Shown piece after piece: positions 25,440-36,481 of a stretch of 64,000 nt of DNA (position 1 is its first letter; each line of letters begins with the position of its first letter). Under the pieces are notes generated by a model. The model saw only the letters and a list, made by a program, of their open reading frames with translations, did not search any database and was not told where the DNA came from. Source of the DNA: an uncultured virus (IMG/VR IMGVR_UViG_3300046007_012347) (Duplodnaviria > Heunggongvirae > Uroviricota > Caudoviricetes); IMG/VR virus record IMGVR_UViG_3300046007_012347. One strand, written 5' to 3'. The translations under genes were made by a program, and so were the position numbers.

Positions 25440-28400
25440 ATGGCAGGTCAAAATGCTGACATGACCCTTAAGGTGGGTCTTGACCTTAATTTCTTCAGGC
25501 AAGAATTACAGAAAGCATCGTCTACTCTTGCGGGACAGCCGATTGATATTAATGTTCGTTTCAATAGGAGCAAAATCACCAATGAATTGCGATTACTGAG
25601 CAATTCACTTGGCAGGAAAAAATATGACGTTGAAGTAAAAAGCACAAGCCTTGAAGCCCTGCTTAAACAAGTAAATACTTTCAAGCAAACGCTCAAAAAT
25701 CTCAAGGATGAAAAAATTGAGCTGAGCATCAATGCTTCTGCCAACATTGAAAAATTTAGCAAAGAAAAAATCCGCAAGATACGGGCGCAAATTCGCAGAG
25801 ACATTGTATCTGGAGGGGCTGGAGAAATTCAGCTTCCAACAAAGCTCGCCACTCCCAATGTGGCTGCATTTGTCAAGGGGTTAGCAAAACAAGCACAGGT
25901 GACTGTCGCTATTAAAAATGGCGCTACTGGTAAAGAAGTCAGAAGTGTACTGGATGCGATTGAAAGTCGTATTCAATCTGATCAAAAAATTAAACAGGGA
26001 AGTGGAAAGCTTCGGGTTCCCACGAGCATCAAAGCATCAATAAACAATGCAGATGTCTCTAGTTTCAAGAAGGCAGTAAATGAAAAACTAGGAAGTATTG
26101 CAATCAAGATAAAAGCAGGAGTTGATATCGCAAAAACTCCTGCTCAAATCCAGGCCGAAGTGGCAAGGAAGATGGAAGACATTGCCCGCATAGGCGCGGA
26201 GCGAATGGCTGGGGGTGGCGTAACGGAATCCGCGCGACGCGAACAATTCCGCACAGCAATCACAGGGGAAGGTATCGGGAGTCTTAAAAATATTGCCAAG
26301 CAAGTTGGAGTGGGTGGTTATTCAAAATACAAGAGTGACACTGCTGCTGAGCTGATTAACAAGCTTGTTCAGGAGGCAAGCATTGAGGCTATCACGAGGT
26401 ATCTTGATCCTCAAGCGGTAATGAGGAATCCGGATAGAAGCGGGCTGAATAAAGTACTGGATACATTTGCTCGCGGGCTTTTTCAGATGCTGGGCATGGA
26501 TCCGGCAACAATTCGTCGCGAAATGCAACAAAGGCGTGCATTGCCTGGTGTCAATTTCCCATCAACCATTCCGCCTCGCAATATTCCTATTGGTCCATCT
26601 GAAACCGGCAGGGCATTACCTCCTGGTGCCATTCCTTCTGCATTGCCCGGCACTTCTTTTGGAGGGCAAAAATATCTTCCTACCGCATTGAGTGATGAAC
26701 TAAAGAAAATTTTACGCGGAGCTGCATTTGCTTTCGTTGATTCGTTAAAGCAACAGGTGAGAGGTGTCCGGATGGGACTTGGTGCTACGCAGCAGCCTTT
26801 GCTTGGCCCTAGTCGCATTGCCGGATTGCTTCCTGCTGGAGTGGGGCGTGCTCCTAGTGTCTATTCGACAGGCGCAGTGGGCGGCGAAACACGCGCAGAA
26901 ATGATGGCACGCCGCGAACGTGAAGCCCGCATGCGTTCGGACTTGCGCGGCATAGATGTAATTGGTGGTGGCGCAGGACGCATTCCATCACCTTATAGCT
27001 ACGCATATAGGGGAGCACGTCCCACCAGCGCAATTGTGCCCTATGCGGCGGGCGGTGCCATTGTTCCTCAGCCAGCCATGGCCAGTGGAGCAGGCGGTGG
27101 CATGCAGCCTCCTGCTGGAGGCGGCGGATTTGGTGGTTTTGGCGGAGCTGGTGGATTTGGCGGATTTGGTCGTGCCATGGGAGGGATTAACCTTCCTGGC
27201 GCTGGTGCTATTCGTGAACTTGGAGACGAATTTGGCTTTGCAACGAAGCAAGTGCTTCTTTTCGGGCAAGCTTACAAACTGTTAGCTTTTGTCCAGAATT
27301 TCCCCGGACAAGTTGCAACTGCTGTTTCCGAACTTCAAAGCTTTAGGAACACTTTATTAAGCGTTACTGGCAGTGCAAGTGCTGCTGCTGACGCAAACGA
27401 ATTCATTCTGGCTGCCGTTGAAAAATATAGCATTCCATTGCAATCGGCTCGTGATGGCTTCACGAAATTGTTTGCTTCCATGGAGCCTGCTGGTTTCGCT
27501 GCCGGAGAAATTCAGAATCTCTTCCTGGGAATTAGCAAGGCTGCTGCTACTTATGGCTTAAGTGCTGACAAAGTGGATCGCGTGAACTACGCCTTTGCTC
27601 AGATGGCCAGTAAAGGCCAGGTGATGAGTGAAGAATTAAAAGGGCAGTTAGGCGATGTGTTGCCTGGCGCTATGGGGATTTTCGCGGAAGCGGCTGGATT
27701 CAAAGGGCCAGATGCCATTCAAAAGTTTGGCAAAGCCTTGGAAGATGGCGTGTATAAAGGCGGCAAGATGCGCGAACTATTACGCAATGTCGCCCTTGGA
27801 ATGAACAAAGAATTCGGTCCCGGAGCAGAAGGCGCGGCAAAAACATTCCAAGGCGCAATAAATCGCATGCAAACTGCAACGCAAAAGCTTTATGAAAGCT
27901 TTGAGCCTGCAGCAATTGGCGTGCTTAACACAGTGGCTGTTCCCCTTGTTAATACACTTAAGAATTTAACAGATGGCGTAAATGCTTATTTCTCTGGACA
28001 GCAAGCCGCTACTCCGGCTGCTCAAGATTTTGCTAATGCGCTAAAAACTCTTGTTCCAACGCTTTCTGGTATTGGCGAAAATCTTAAATATGTATTCCAA
28101 CAGGTGTCTGTTTTGGTTCAGGGTTTTGGAGCCGTCACTTTGCAAGCTTCAAGATTACTTGCCCTGCCTATTGTCGGCTACCTTGCTGGCACCTATGTAC
28201 AAGTCTTGCTGTTGACTACTGCATACAAAGCTTTAGCAGCTAGCGGTATTGGCGCTGCAATAGTTGCAATTACGCGATTTATTGCGCAAGGAGTCGTGTA
28301 TGCCCAGGTGACGCTAGGAATGCGTGTAGCGACTCAGCAAACGACAGTTGCGATGTATCAATTTGGCACTGCGGTGCAAACAGTAATGATTAAAAGCGTT

Positions 28401-31019
28401 ATAGGTATTGCCTTGGTTGCGATTGGGGCTTTAATTTCAAGGTTTGTCGAGCTTCAAAATGCGATGGCGTCGGTATCAGGACAGGCTAAGGGAATGCAAG
28501 ATGCAGCAAAAGCTTCTGCAAAGCTGGGAGATGTTGCTGGGGTAAAAGAAGCAATCGGCAACATGAATGCCAGAGTTGAGACGTACAAAAATATTAAAAA
28601 TCAACTGGATTCTGTTATTAAAAAGGATCAAGCGGGAAGCAGTTTTTACAGAGAAATTCCTTCTGCATTGGCGTCTCAGTTGATGGCTACTGGCCTAATT
28701 GTGGAAAATTCGATGAGGAAAGTCGGCGCTGGGTATAAAGTAAAAATAGGCGACCTGCGTGATGCGTATGCGCTAGCAGAGAAACAAGTTTCTGTCTTTA
28801 ATAAAACCATTGGTCAATCAGAAGGCTTAATTGGTCAAGCTCAAAAGCAAAGCCAAAAATTGAAGGAGCAAGGTGGGCTTGGATTGGAAGCTGGTGCTCC
28901 CGACGAAAAAGCTCTTAGGGCTCAACAGAAGGCAGCAGAAGAAGCGCGTAAACTTGCGGATGACAAGCGTAAGTATGAAGCCGATTTAATGAAGCTAAGT
29001 TCTCAGCAAGCTATTGATTTAAATGAGATGGAGTTTGATCAATGGAAGAACTTGCAACAAGCAAAGTATGACTTCTTAGAGGCTGGTCAAAATGATTGGA
29101 TGAGCCGAGAAATCAAATTCCAACGCGATCTTCAGGCCATTGAAATTCGTCGCATTGAAGCAATACGTAGAGCCCGCATTGAAACAGTAAAAGCGGAAAC
29201 AGAAGCACAGTCACGTGCGTATGTTGCGGGAGGCGCCGGCATTGGTGCAACTACTGGTCTTATGCAGGGCAGCACTGGAATTTCCAGTGGTCCACATTTC
29301 GACGTGAGACGAGCAGATGGAAGTCGCATTTCAGAAGCAGAAGCGCGTGCGTTGTTTGATCCAGCGGTGCGACGCCAACTGCAAATGACAAGCGGCTATG
29401 GACCGCGCAATACCGGCATTCCTGGTGCCAGCACTTTCCATCGCGGCATTGACCTTGCCGGGCCTGCCAACACTCCATTGAATCTTGCTGCTGGCTACTC
29501 CATGCAAAGTGCCGGAATGGAAGGGGGGCTAGGTTACACGGCGAATGTAAGAGGACCTCAAGGGCAGATGTATAAGGTGGGACATTTGCAGGAGCCTAAA
29601 TCTGGCATGCCAGCATCCAGAGTGAGAGCTGAGGCTAAGAAGGACTATAGTGCCGCACTCGCAAGCCAAGAAGCGATCAATGCGAAAGAAAAAGAAAACG
29701 CTCAAATTAAATATGCAAATATTCAAGCTCAGCAAGAACTGAACGTTTTGATTCGTGAATATACGGCATCTATTGTTCCTATTGAACAGCAACGCCTCGA
29801 AAATACATTGCTCCAAAATCGCATCGACTTAATGACCTCTGGTCTTTTTGGCGAAGCGCTGGATACAGAGCAGAAGATTAGCGAAACGCGAGAAAAAGCT
29901 GCGCTTGGTGTGCAAATGGCTAACGACGCAATCGCAGCGAATAACAAGCTAGTTAAAGATGGCATTCTGACACAAGAGCAGGCAGATAGGTTAAATGCCT
30001 CTAATGTAGAAAAGATTAAGCAACTAACAGAAGGATTGCAAAACTACATTCCATTACTAAGGGAACGATTGAAGCTTGAACAATCAAGCGCAGAAGCATC
30101 GCTAATGGGGCAGATAAGACAAGAATCTCCGCTTGGAGGCATGGGACTATCTGCTGGCTTCATTGGACCAGCAGCGGATAAATACGTAGAAGCAATCGGA
30201 CGCGGTGCGCCAGAAGAAGAAGCATCTCGTTTCGCTGAGTTACAAAATCAGCTTACGCTTCTTGAAACCAGAAATGAGGCAATTAAGCAATCCATTTATG
30301 GCATCGGTGATGCATTCGGCGAAGCGATGACAACTGGCGTGACAGGACTAATCTCTGGCACTGCCACTGCCAAAGAAGTGTTTGCCAGCTTCTTACAAAG
30401 TGTTGGTCAAGCGCTTTCTCAAGCTGCTTCGCAAATGATTGCTACTTACATCGCCATTGGCATTGCAAAAATGTTTGCTGGGCTTGGCGGAGGTGGAAAT
30501 CCAGCGGGTAGCGGAGGAGGTATTTCAAACATTCTGCCTGGAGCAAGTCAGTACATGGAAGGAGGTGGCGCGGCATTAGGCGCCAGCGCTGGCACATTTG
30601 GCGCCGTGACAACAGGCTACGCTAACGGCGGCATCGTTCCTGGCGGTTTCCGTGCCTTCGCCAATGGCGGCGTTGTCTCTGGTCCCACTCTTGGCCTTGT
30701 AGGCGAAGGACGTTACAACGAAGCCGTTGTGCCCCTGCCAAATGGTCGTGCCATTCCAGTGCAGATTAATGGTGGCCGCTCTGCTCGTGATTTAATGGGC
30801 AGCAATGCGCCTGGCATGGCCAATGCTGCTCCGCTTACGCTTAAGTTTGAAAGTACAAAGATTAATGGCGTAGAGTATGTAAGCCGCGAACAATTAGAAC
30901 TTGCAATGGCAGAAACTCGCCGTGCTTCAATTGCAGGCGGTGCTACTAGGGGAATGAATATGGCTCTTGATAAGATACAACAAAGTCCATCCACTCGTTC
31001 CCGCATTGGTATCCGTTAA
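25440..31019 (+). CDS. Tape measure protein with M23-peptidase-like domain
   Basis: ~1860 aa; AFAQMASKGQVMSEELKGQLGD tape-measure motif; HRGID; C-terminal FANGG..GE.RYNEAVVPL. Confidence 0.92.
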   Translation: MAGQNADMTLKVGLDLNFFRQELQKASSTLAGQPIDINVRFNRSKITNELRLLSNSLGRKKYDVEVKSTSLEALLKQVNTFKQTLKNLKDEKIELSINASANIEKFSKEKIRKIRAQIRRDIVSGGAGEIQLPTKLATPNVAAFVKGLAKQAQVTVAIKNGATGKEVRSVLDAIESRIQSDQKIKQGSGKLRVPTSIKASINNADVSSFKKAVNEKLGSIAIKIKAGVDIAKTPAQIQAEVARKMEDIARIGAERMAGGGVTESARREQFRTAITGEGIGSLKNIAKQVGVGGYSKYKSDTAAELINKLVQEASIEAITRYLDPQAVMRNPDRSGLNKVLDTFARGLFQMLGMDPATIRREMQQRRALPGVNFPSTIPPRNIPIGPSETGRALPPGAIPSALPGTSFGGQKYLPTALSDELKKILRGAAFAFVDSLKQQVRGVRMGLGATQQPLLGPSRIAGLLPAGVGRAPSVYSTGAVGGETRAEMMARREREARMRSDLRGIDVIGGGAGRIPSPYSYAYRGARPTSAIVPYAAGGAIVPQPAMASGAGGGMQPPAGGGGFGGFGGAGGFGGFGRAMGGINLPGAGAIRELGDEFGFATKQVLLFGQAYKLLAFVQNFPGQVATAVSELQSFRNTLLSVTGSASAAADANEFILAAVEKYSIPLQSARDGFTKLFASMEPAGFAAGEIQNLFLGISKAAATYGLSADKVDRVNYAFAQMASKGQVMSEELKGQLGDVLPGAMGIFAEAAGFKGPDAIQKFGKALEDGVYKGGKMRELLRNVALGMNKEFGPGAEGAAKTFQGAINRMQTATQKLYESFEPAAIGVLNTVAVPLVNTLKNLTDGVNAYFSGQQAATPAAQDFANALKTLVPTLSGIGENLKYVFQQVSVLVQGFGAVTLQASRLLALPIVGYLAGTYVQVLLLTTAYKALAASGIGAAIVAITRFIAQGVVYAQVTLGMRVATQQTTVAMYQFGTAVQTVMIKSVIGIALVAIGALISRFVELQNAMASVSGQAKGMQDAAKASAKLGDVAGVKEAIGNMNARVETYKNIKNQLDSVIKKDQAGSSFYREIPSALASQLMATGLIVENSMRKVGAGYKVKIGDLRDAYALAEKQVSVFNKTIGQSEGLIGQAQKQSQKLKEQGGLGLEAGAPDEKALRAQQKAAEEARKLADDKRKYEADLMKLSSQQAIDLNEMEFDQWKNLQQAKYDFLEAGQNDWMSREIKFQRDLQAIEIRRIEAIRRARIETVKAETEAQSRAYVAGGAGIGATTGLMQGSTGISSGPHFDVRRADGSRISEAEARALFDPAVRRQLQMTSGYGPRNTGIPGASTFHRGIDLAGPANTPLNLAAGYSMQSAGMEGGLGYTANVRGPQGQMYKVGHLQEPKSGMPASRVRAEAKKDYSAALASQEAINAKEKENAQIKYANIQAQQELNVLIREYTASIVPIEQQRLENTLLQNRIDLMTSGLFGEALDTEQKISETREKAALGVQMANDAIAANNKLVKDGILTQEQADRLNASNVEKIKQLTEGLQNYIPLLRERLKLEQSSAEASLMGQIRQESPLGGMGLSAGFIGPAADKYVEAIGRGAPEEEASRFAELQNQLTLLETRNEAIKQSIYGIGDAFGEAMTTGVTGLISGTATAKEVFASFLQSVGQALSQAASQMIATYIAIGIAKMFAGLGGGGNPAGSGGGISNILPGASQYMEGGGAALGASAGTFGAVTTGYANGGIVPGGFRAFANGGVVSGPTLGLVGEGRYNEAVVPLPNGRAIPVQINGGRSARDLMGSNAPGMANAAPLTLKFESTKINGVEYVSREQLELAMAETRRASIAGGATRGMNMALDKIQQSPSTRSRIGIR

Positions 31020-31402
31020 TGGCTGATTTTCCTTCTATTCGCCCTGCATCGAGAACCTACTCAGCAGGGCAATTCCCTCTTAAAACTTATCGGGCATTAT
31101 CAGGCGCTACGGTCAAGCGAGTGTTTGGCAATAAGGCTTATGGTCATTCCATTGAGCTTCAATTTGCGAGCGTTACTGATGCAGTGGCAAAGCAAATTAT
31201 TGATCACTACTATGGGCAAAATGGTAGTGTAGATAGATTTGCTCTACCTTCTGCAGTGTTTTCTGGAATGAGCGAGGCTTTTGGCGACGAGCTAAGAGCG
31301 CCAGATAGTATTTCTTGGGAATACGCAGAGCCTCCTGCAATTGAGGCCGTGTTCAATGGGATAAGCAATGTTACAGTGCGATTGATTGGCGAGTTGTCAT
31401 GA
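31019..31402 (+). CDS. Distal/minor tail protein
   Basis: Directly after TMP; lambda gpM-like size. Confidence 0.65.
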   Translation: MADFPSIRPASRTYSAGQFPLKTYRALSGATVKRVFGNKAYGHSIELQFASVTDAVAKQIIDHYYGQNGSVDRFALPSAVFSGMSEAFGDELRAPDSISWEYAEPPAIEAVFNGISNVTVRLIGELS

Positions 31403-31908
31403 GCGAAAAAGTTATTGTTGCTAATTTCCTGGAACTTACTACCACCAACGGCCTCATCCATCGCTATCAAAATTTCTTCCATGGTGGAAGTAGCTCTCAA
31501 GTGGCGGTTCCTGGCACTAGCGTGCCGTTGTATGAATTTGCACCATTTAGGGCCGAAGGCTCTCTTGCTTCTTTAAACGGAGAAAATGCCTTATTGCGCG
31601 TCCTGTTTCCGCATAGTGAATTCACAGTAGCGCTAGTTGAAAATGGCGATGGCAATAGGCTTAGCCGATTATCATTCAAGACAGTATGGCTAGGCAATGC
31701 AGGAAGTCTTTCAAATTATGACAATTATTCCACCGTGGCATCGTATGACGAATACTACATTGGCGTAGGCGCATCGTTTGATGACACTACTGTTGAACTT
31801 CGTTTTAGAAGCGCCATGGATAGTGTTGGGGCCAATTTTCCGCGACGCACATTTAACACTACAAATGTAGGCATTTTGCCAGTGACAGCAGAAGTGAGCT
31901 TCCGCTAG
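31399..31908 (+). CDS. Minor tail protein (gpL-like)
   Basis: Synteny; YEFAPF...FPRR. Confidence 0.6.
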   Translation: MSEKVIVANFLELTTTNGLIHRYQNFFHGGSSSQVAVPGTSVPLYEFAPFRAEGSLASLNGENALLRVLFPHSEFTVALVENGDGNRLSRLSFKTVWLGNAGSLSNYDNYSTVASYDEYYIGVGASFDDTTVELRFRSAMDSVGANFPRRTFNTTNVGILPVTAEVSFR

Positions 31909-31910
31909 TT

Positions 31911-32297
31911 ATGAATGATCTCATTGGCTTGCAATATAAATGGGGAGCTTCTCCCGATGATGGCCTAGGCTTTACAGATTGTTTCCAATTGTTTTGCGCG
32001 GTTAGGCGAAGGCTCGGCCTTTATGATTATGCCACTGATTTTGCTTGGGCCTATGAGAACTACGAAGAAAATACTCTTCCTCCATTGAGGATGGCCCGTT
32101 GGCTTTTGCAAAATACTGATAGAACACTTAGTCCATCGCCTGGCTGCGTGGCAATGCTTGGGCGACGTAGTGCATTGGGGACAATGACAAACGGGGGCAT
32201 TATTTGCATTGCCCCAAGAGGGCGTAGTGTTAGCATTGCTTTATCGTCAAAGACGATAAGAGAATTCAACTGGTTCAAGCCAAAAGCCGATGCGTAA
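31911..32297 (+). CDS. NlpC/P60-like tail assembly protein (gpK-like)
   Basis: LIGLQYKWGA...DCFQL. Confidence 0.75.
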   Translation: MNDLIGLQYKWGASPDDGLGFTDCFQLFCAVRRRLGLYDYATDFAWAYENYEENTLPPLRMARWLLQNTDRTLSPSPGCVAMLGRRSALGTMTNGGIICIAPRGRSVSIALSSKTIREFNWFKPKADA

Positions 32298-35200
32298 ATT
32301 ACTGCCCTACGAGCATCAATTAATTGAAGCACTTGGCATTACGGAAGAAGAATATTGGCAATTCTATCTTGCAAGGCTGAACTATAAAGACGCAAAGGTT
32401 GGAACAATTTATGACGTGCGAAATGAAGTTGGCACCATCGCTCTTGTTCTTAGTATTATTGGAACTCTTGCTCAAGTGGGCGCTGCATTATTGGCCCCGA
32501 AGCCTGAGCTTCCTGAGCAGCAAAAAGTAGGCAAGCAAAGTCGCAATGCCATCTTTGGACCGCGCTATGGCTTCAATTCTTTTCAAGAAGTGGCACGCTA
32601 TGGCGATCCTGTGAATTTGGTTTATACCAACAAAGAAGACGATAATAAAAGCGCTGGAGGACTAAGAGTTAATACATCATTGATTTGGTCCGCTGTACAA
32701 AGTTTTGGCAACAAGCAATTCATTCAAATGCTTGGCGTTGTTGGAGCTGGAGATATTGAAGCTTATGATTATGGCTTTACTGCATTTGGCCAGGCGCCGC
32801 TAGAAGATTTTCCTGCTCAAAAATATTGGCTTTATGGGAACAACGCCAGTGGCCCGTTGAAGTTTGGTGATTTCAAGCTTCCTCCTGGCAATGCAGAGCA
32901 AGACCCAAGTAAAGATGCGCAAGGCGCACAAGATTACACTTATCGAGCAAGTAAAGGTGGAACTATTGTCGTTGACGGTTATAGCCAGGCATTTTCTCCT
33001 TCCAGTAATAACACTCTTGGCCTTTATGACGTAGTGCCCATTAATGTGCTTGTACTAGAGCGCGATGAAAATGGCCAGTTAACTAGGGACAATGGAGATA
33101 TTCTTGGGCGATCAAAAGATGATCTTGGCACTCGCATTTCTTCTGAAGATAGGGGCATATATTGGCCGCAATCATGGCAAGGCAGTGATAATCGTCCCAA
33201 GTTTCCAGAGGGCGCTTCTTTCACGTTGCGTTTTGTTGAAACTGATGACAAGATTGATGACGATGTAGAACGCGCTGCGCAAGACTATCGCATTGCCTTG
33301 ATTAGCACAATGACGGCATCTAGCGTCTACAAGTTGGGAGCTGCAAAATTTAAACTTATCAAGGCTGTTGAGACCAGACAGGGGAGAGAAGGCGAGTTTA
33401 CTTTTCAATGCACGGAAAGTGGCATTCTTTGCGAGGAAGATTACGAGACTAGAAGTTATTTACAAAACGAAGCAGAAACAGAAGAGCTTCTTCAGCAAAA
33501 ACGAGAAGAGCAACAAGTTTTAGACGATGAGAGAAAAGGATATGGCAATATTTACATTGGCGAAGGAGCTGATGTATTTATTGCATTGCAAGCTGAATTT
33601 GATCAAGTGGAGGATGAAATTGAAACGCTCACTTCGATTATTAAAGGCACCATTGACGATGACTCTCTTTATGACGCAGCTAAAAATAGCGGGCAGTTCA
33701 ATGACTTAATCAGTCAAATTGATGGCACTGAAGAAACGATTAAAAGCAAAAGAGATTCGATTGAGGATAAAAATGATGAAATTGCAGATCTCTTAGATGA
33801 CAAGCCAGAAGGCTATAAAGGGCGGATTTCAGAAAAGAAGCGAAGAAAGAGGGACTTGCAAAATGAAGTGAAAGATGAGAAAAATGCATTAAAAGATTTA
33901 TACGCAAAGCTTTCAAGAAGAGCTACATTGCGTGGATTGTATGACAATGATCTACGTTCTGATGCTGCAGACGAACGCAAGCGTTTAAAGCGCAGAAAGA
34001 ATAGGCTCAAGACGCGGCTTGGAGAACTTGCCTCGACTCTCATCCTTGATACCAATGCAATGGCTGCCAGAGATGCAGCATGGCAAGCACGGTACGATGA
34101 AGTACAAGAAGTGATCAATGAATGCCAATTTATTTTGCGCGATCCAGAGCGTTTTAATGATTATTTTGATGTTAAATGTCTAGCAAAGATTGACGAACTG
34201 ACTTACACCACTGTTACAAAATGTGACATTGTTGACTTTGCATTGAAAGCAAGAGTGTATAAGCGCATCTCTGGGCGTCAAAGTAAATATGGAGACAACA
34301 AAGAGCAAAAGCACAGGGATGCAGACAATGGTCTTCGCATGCGCACTGCAATGTTTTGGCTGCGCTACAAGAAAGAATCTGATCCTGATTACCAGCGGGT
34401 GCCAACCGTCTTTGCTATTCGCAGGGGTGTGGAGGTGGATAATTTTGTCAGCATGCGTTTCGTGTCAAACGATGAAAGGACAAAATGGTCGTTCAAGATG
34501 GAGCCTATTGTTGATTTATCCGCAGAAATCCGCACTTATTTTGGCGAGCAAGAAGTGGATGTGGCCTATCTTGACACTCGCGCATATAAGAATAGCGAGA
34601 AGAACAAGAATATCCCCATTGGCAATGGTCGTTCTGGATATGTTGCCATTCATGGTCGAGTGTTAAAAACCGAAAGGCTGCTTCCTCCGCTTAATAACAA
34701 TCCAGGGTTCGTGGATGAATGGGGCGTTTTTTCAATGCGTTCCGACACGCAAATCGCTTTCTCCTTCGATGGAGGCCCCGAGATTGCATTGGCCGCTGTC
34801 ACAGAGCAGCAAATAGAAACCTTCCCGCCTGCTCTTTACCAAGGTCTTTCTCTCATTGGTTTCAATGCGTACAGCGGAAAAGGCATTCAAGATTTGCGTA
34901 CGCTGAGTGCTTACGTTACCAAGGGCAAGAAAGTGAGAAGGTTTGCTCTGAATCAAGATGGTGACTATGTAGTAGATGTAAATAGTGTGCCAGTTAGTTC
35001 AACGAGCTATGCTCCTGAAATCTTCCTAGACAGCGTGCTTGACAAGGAAAATGGCATTGGAGCATACGCTGATATTAATGGCATCGACCTAGAAAGCCTT
35101 GGCAAGGCTGTGAAGTTTTGCAAGGCAAATGGCTATTTTATGGATGGCATTATTGCCGATCCTCAGTCATGGCGAGAATTTTGGACTACAGTGGCGCCGT

Positions 35201-36024
35201 TTTCATTGTTGGAATTTACCAAGATTGGCGGCAAGGAATCATTGGCGCCTGCAGTGCCCTATGACGAGAATGGACTAGTTGATAGCCGCATTAGCATTTC
35301 TGCTTTGTTCAACCAAGGCAATATTCTTGAAGGAAGTTACAAGGAAGAGTTTATTGACTATGGCGACAACACTGAAGATCTTCTTGCCACCATTGTCTAT
35401 CGAGACTCAACAGATGGAGATCCGTTCCCCGGTAATACAAGCTTCACTATTCGCTTGGCAGACGCGAATGAAGCATCTTGCATTAGGCAAACGTTTGATC
35501 TATCTGCATATGTGTCACGACGCGATCAAGCAATCAACTATGGCATGCTGCTGTGTTCACAGCGGCGATGGGCTAAGCGTGCCGTGGAATTTAAAACATT
35601 CCCCACTGAAAGTCCAGTAGCGCCTGGGTCCTACATTTACGTGCAAACAGACCAAAACCAATGGGATAATCTCACTGCAGGCAAAATTGGAGCTGGGGGC
35701 AGTCTTGATATTCCATTGACAGAAGGCATTGTTAATGCCACATACGATGCGTTGCTCTACAAGGGCGGTCAAGGCGTCATCAAAAAACCTGGCATTACCA
35801 TTGCCAACAACACCGCTCCAGAACTTACTGCTTTTGAGGGATGGTTAGTAGTGTTTGGTAATCAAATTACAAGCAAGCGCGTATTCCGCGTGACGGAAAT
35901 CACGATGGAAGAAGAAGGAGAAGTGACTATTAAAGCTATTGAACATCCTTGCGACGAGAGTAGTGGCGTCACTTATTCCCGCATCGTACAGTTTGACACC
36001 ACTTTGTATCAAATTGATGATTGA
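32290..36024 (+). CDS. Central tail tip/host-specificity protein (gpJ-like)
   Basis: 1244 aa, synteny, C-terminal FRVTEITMEEEGEVTIKAIEH. Confidence 0.75.
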   Translation: MRKLLPYEHQLIEALGITEEEYWQFYLARLNYKDAKVGTIYDVRNEVGTIALVLSIIGTLAQVGAALLAPKPELPEQQKVGKQSRNAIFGPRYGFNSFQEVARYGDPVNLVYTNKEDDNKSAGGLRVNTSLIWSAVQSFGNKQFIQMLGVVGAGDIEAYDYGFTAFGQAPLEDFPAQKYWLYGNNASGPLKFGDFKLPPGNAEQDPSKDAQGAQDYTYRASKGGTIVVDGYSQAFSPSSNNTLGLYDVVPINVLVLERDENGQLTRDNGDILGRSKDDLGTRISSEDRGIYWPQSWQGSDNRPKFPEGASFTLRFVETDDKIDDDVERAAQDYRIALISTMTASSVYKLGAAKFKLIKAVETRQGREGEFTFQCTESGILCEEDYETRSYLQNEAETEELLQQKREEQQVLDDERKGYGNIYIGEGADVFIALQAEFDQVEDEIETLTSIIKGTIDDDSLYDAAKNSGQFNDLISQIDGTEETIKSKRDSIEDKNDEIADLLDDKPEGYKGRISEKKRRKRDLQNEVKDEKNALKDLYAKLSRRATLRGLYDNDLRSDAADERKRLKRRKNRLKTRLGELASTLILDTNAMAARDAAWQARYDEVQEVINECQFILRDPERFNDYFDVKCLAKIDELTYTTVTKCDIVDFALKARVYKRISGRQSKYGDNKEQKHRDADNGLRMRTAMFWLRYKKESDPDYQRVPTVFAIRRGVEVDNFVSMRFVSNDERTKWSFKMEPIVDLSAEIRTYFGEQEVDVAYLDTRAYKNSEKNKNIPIGNGRSGYVAIHGRVLKTERLLPPLNNNPGFVDEWGVFSMRSDTQIAFSFDGGPEIALAAVTEQQIETFPPALYQGLSLIGFNAYSGKGIQDLRTLSAYVTKGKKVRRFALNQDGDYVVDVNSVPVSSTSYAPEIFLDSVLDKENGIGAYADINGIDLESLGKAVKFCKANGYFMDGIIADPQSWREFWTTVAPFSLLEFTKIGGKESLAPAVPYDENGLVDSRISISALFNQGNILEGSYKEEFIDYGDNTEDLLATIVYRDSTDGDPFPGNTSFTIRLADANEASCIRQTFDLSAYVSRRDQAINYGMLLCSQRRWAKRAVEFKTFPTESPVAPGSYIYVQTDQNQWDNLTAGKIGAGGSLDIPLTEGIVNATYDALLYKGGQGVIKKPGITIANNTAPELTAFEGWLVVFGNQITSKRVFRVTEITMEEEGEVTIKAIEHPCDESSGVTYSRIVQFDTTLYQIDD

Positions 36025-36059
36025 CGAAGCTGCTAAGATGAAACAAAGACAATAAAGCC

Positions 36060-36479
36060 ATGCCATTTTATACTGGACGCACTGGCAAGTTGCGACTTAG
36101 CGACAATGAGGTGGCGAAGGTTAGAGATTGGGCCTTGGACGTATCCATGGATCCCATTGAAACAACAGCTCTTGGTGATACTGCTCAGTCCTATACGGCT
36201 GGCATGTCTAGTGCCACGGGAAATGCTACGGTTTCGTATTACACGGGCGCTGCTACTGGCGTAGTACAGCTCCTGCAAAAGATTGTCACGACTGGTGCCA
36301 TTACTGATGACAATGAAGTGGTACTGACGTTTGAAGTGGGCACTGATCAATATTTCAAGGCGAATGCTTTTATTACGAATGCAAGCATTTCATCGTCTAC
36401 AAATGAGCTGACTAGCGTATCGTTCCAGTTTACGGTGAATGGGCCGTTGACTACAGTAGAAACTACTGGCACGATTTAG
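36060..36479 (+). CDS. Tail-tube-like protein
   Basis: VRDWALDVSMDPIETTALGD...FQFTVNG. Confidence 0.65.
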   Translation: MPFYTGRTGKLRLSDNEVAKVRDWALDVSMDPIETTALGDTAQSYTAGMSSATGNATVSYYTGAATGVVQLLQKIVTTGAITDDNEVVLTFEVGTDQYFKANAFITNASISSSTNELTSVSFQFTVNGPLTTVETTGTI

Positions 36480-36481
36480 TT

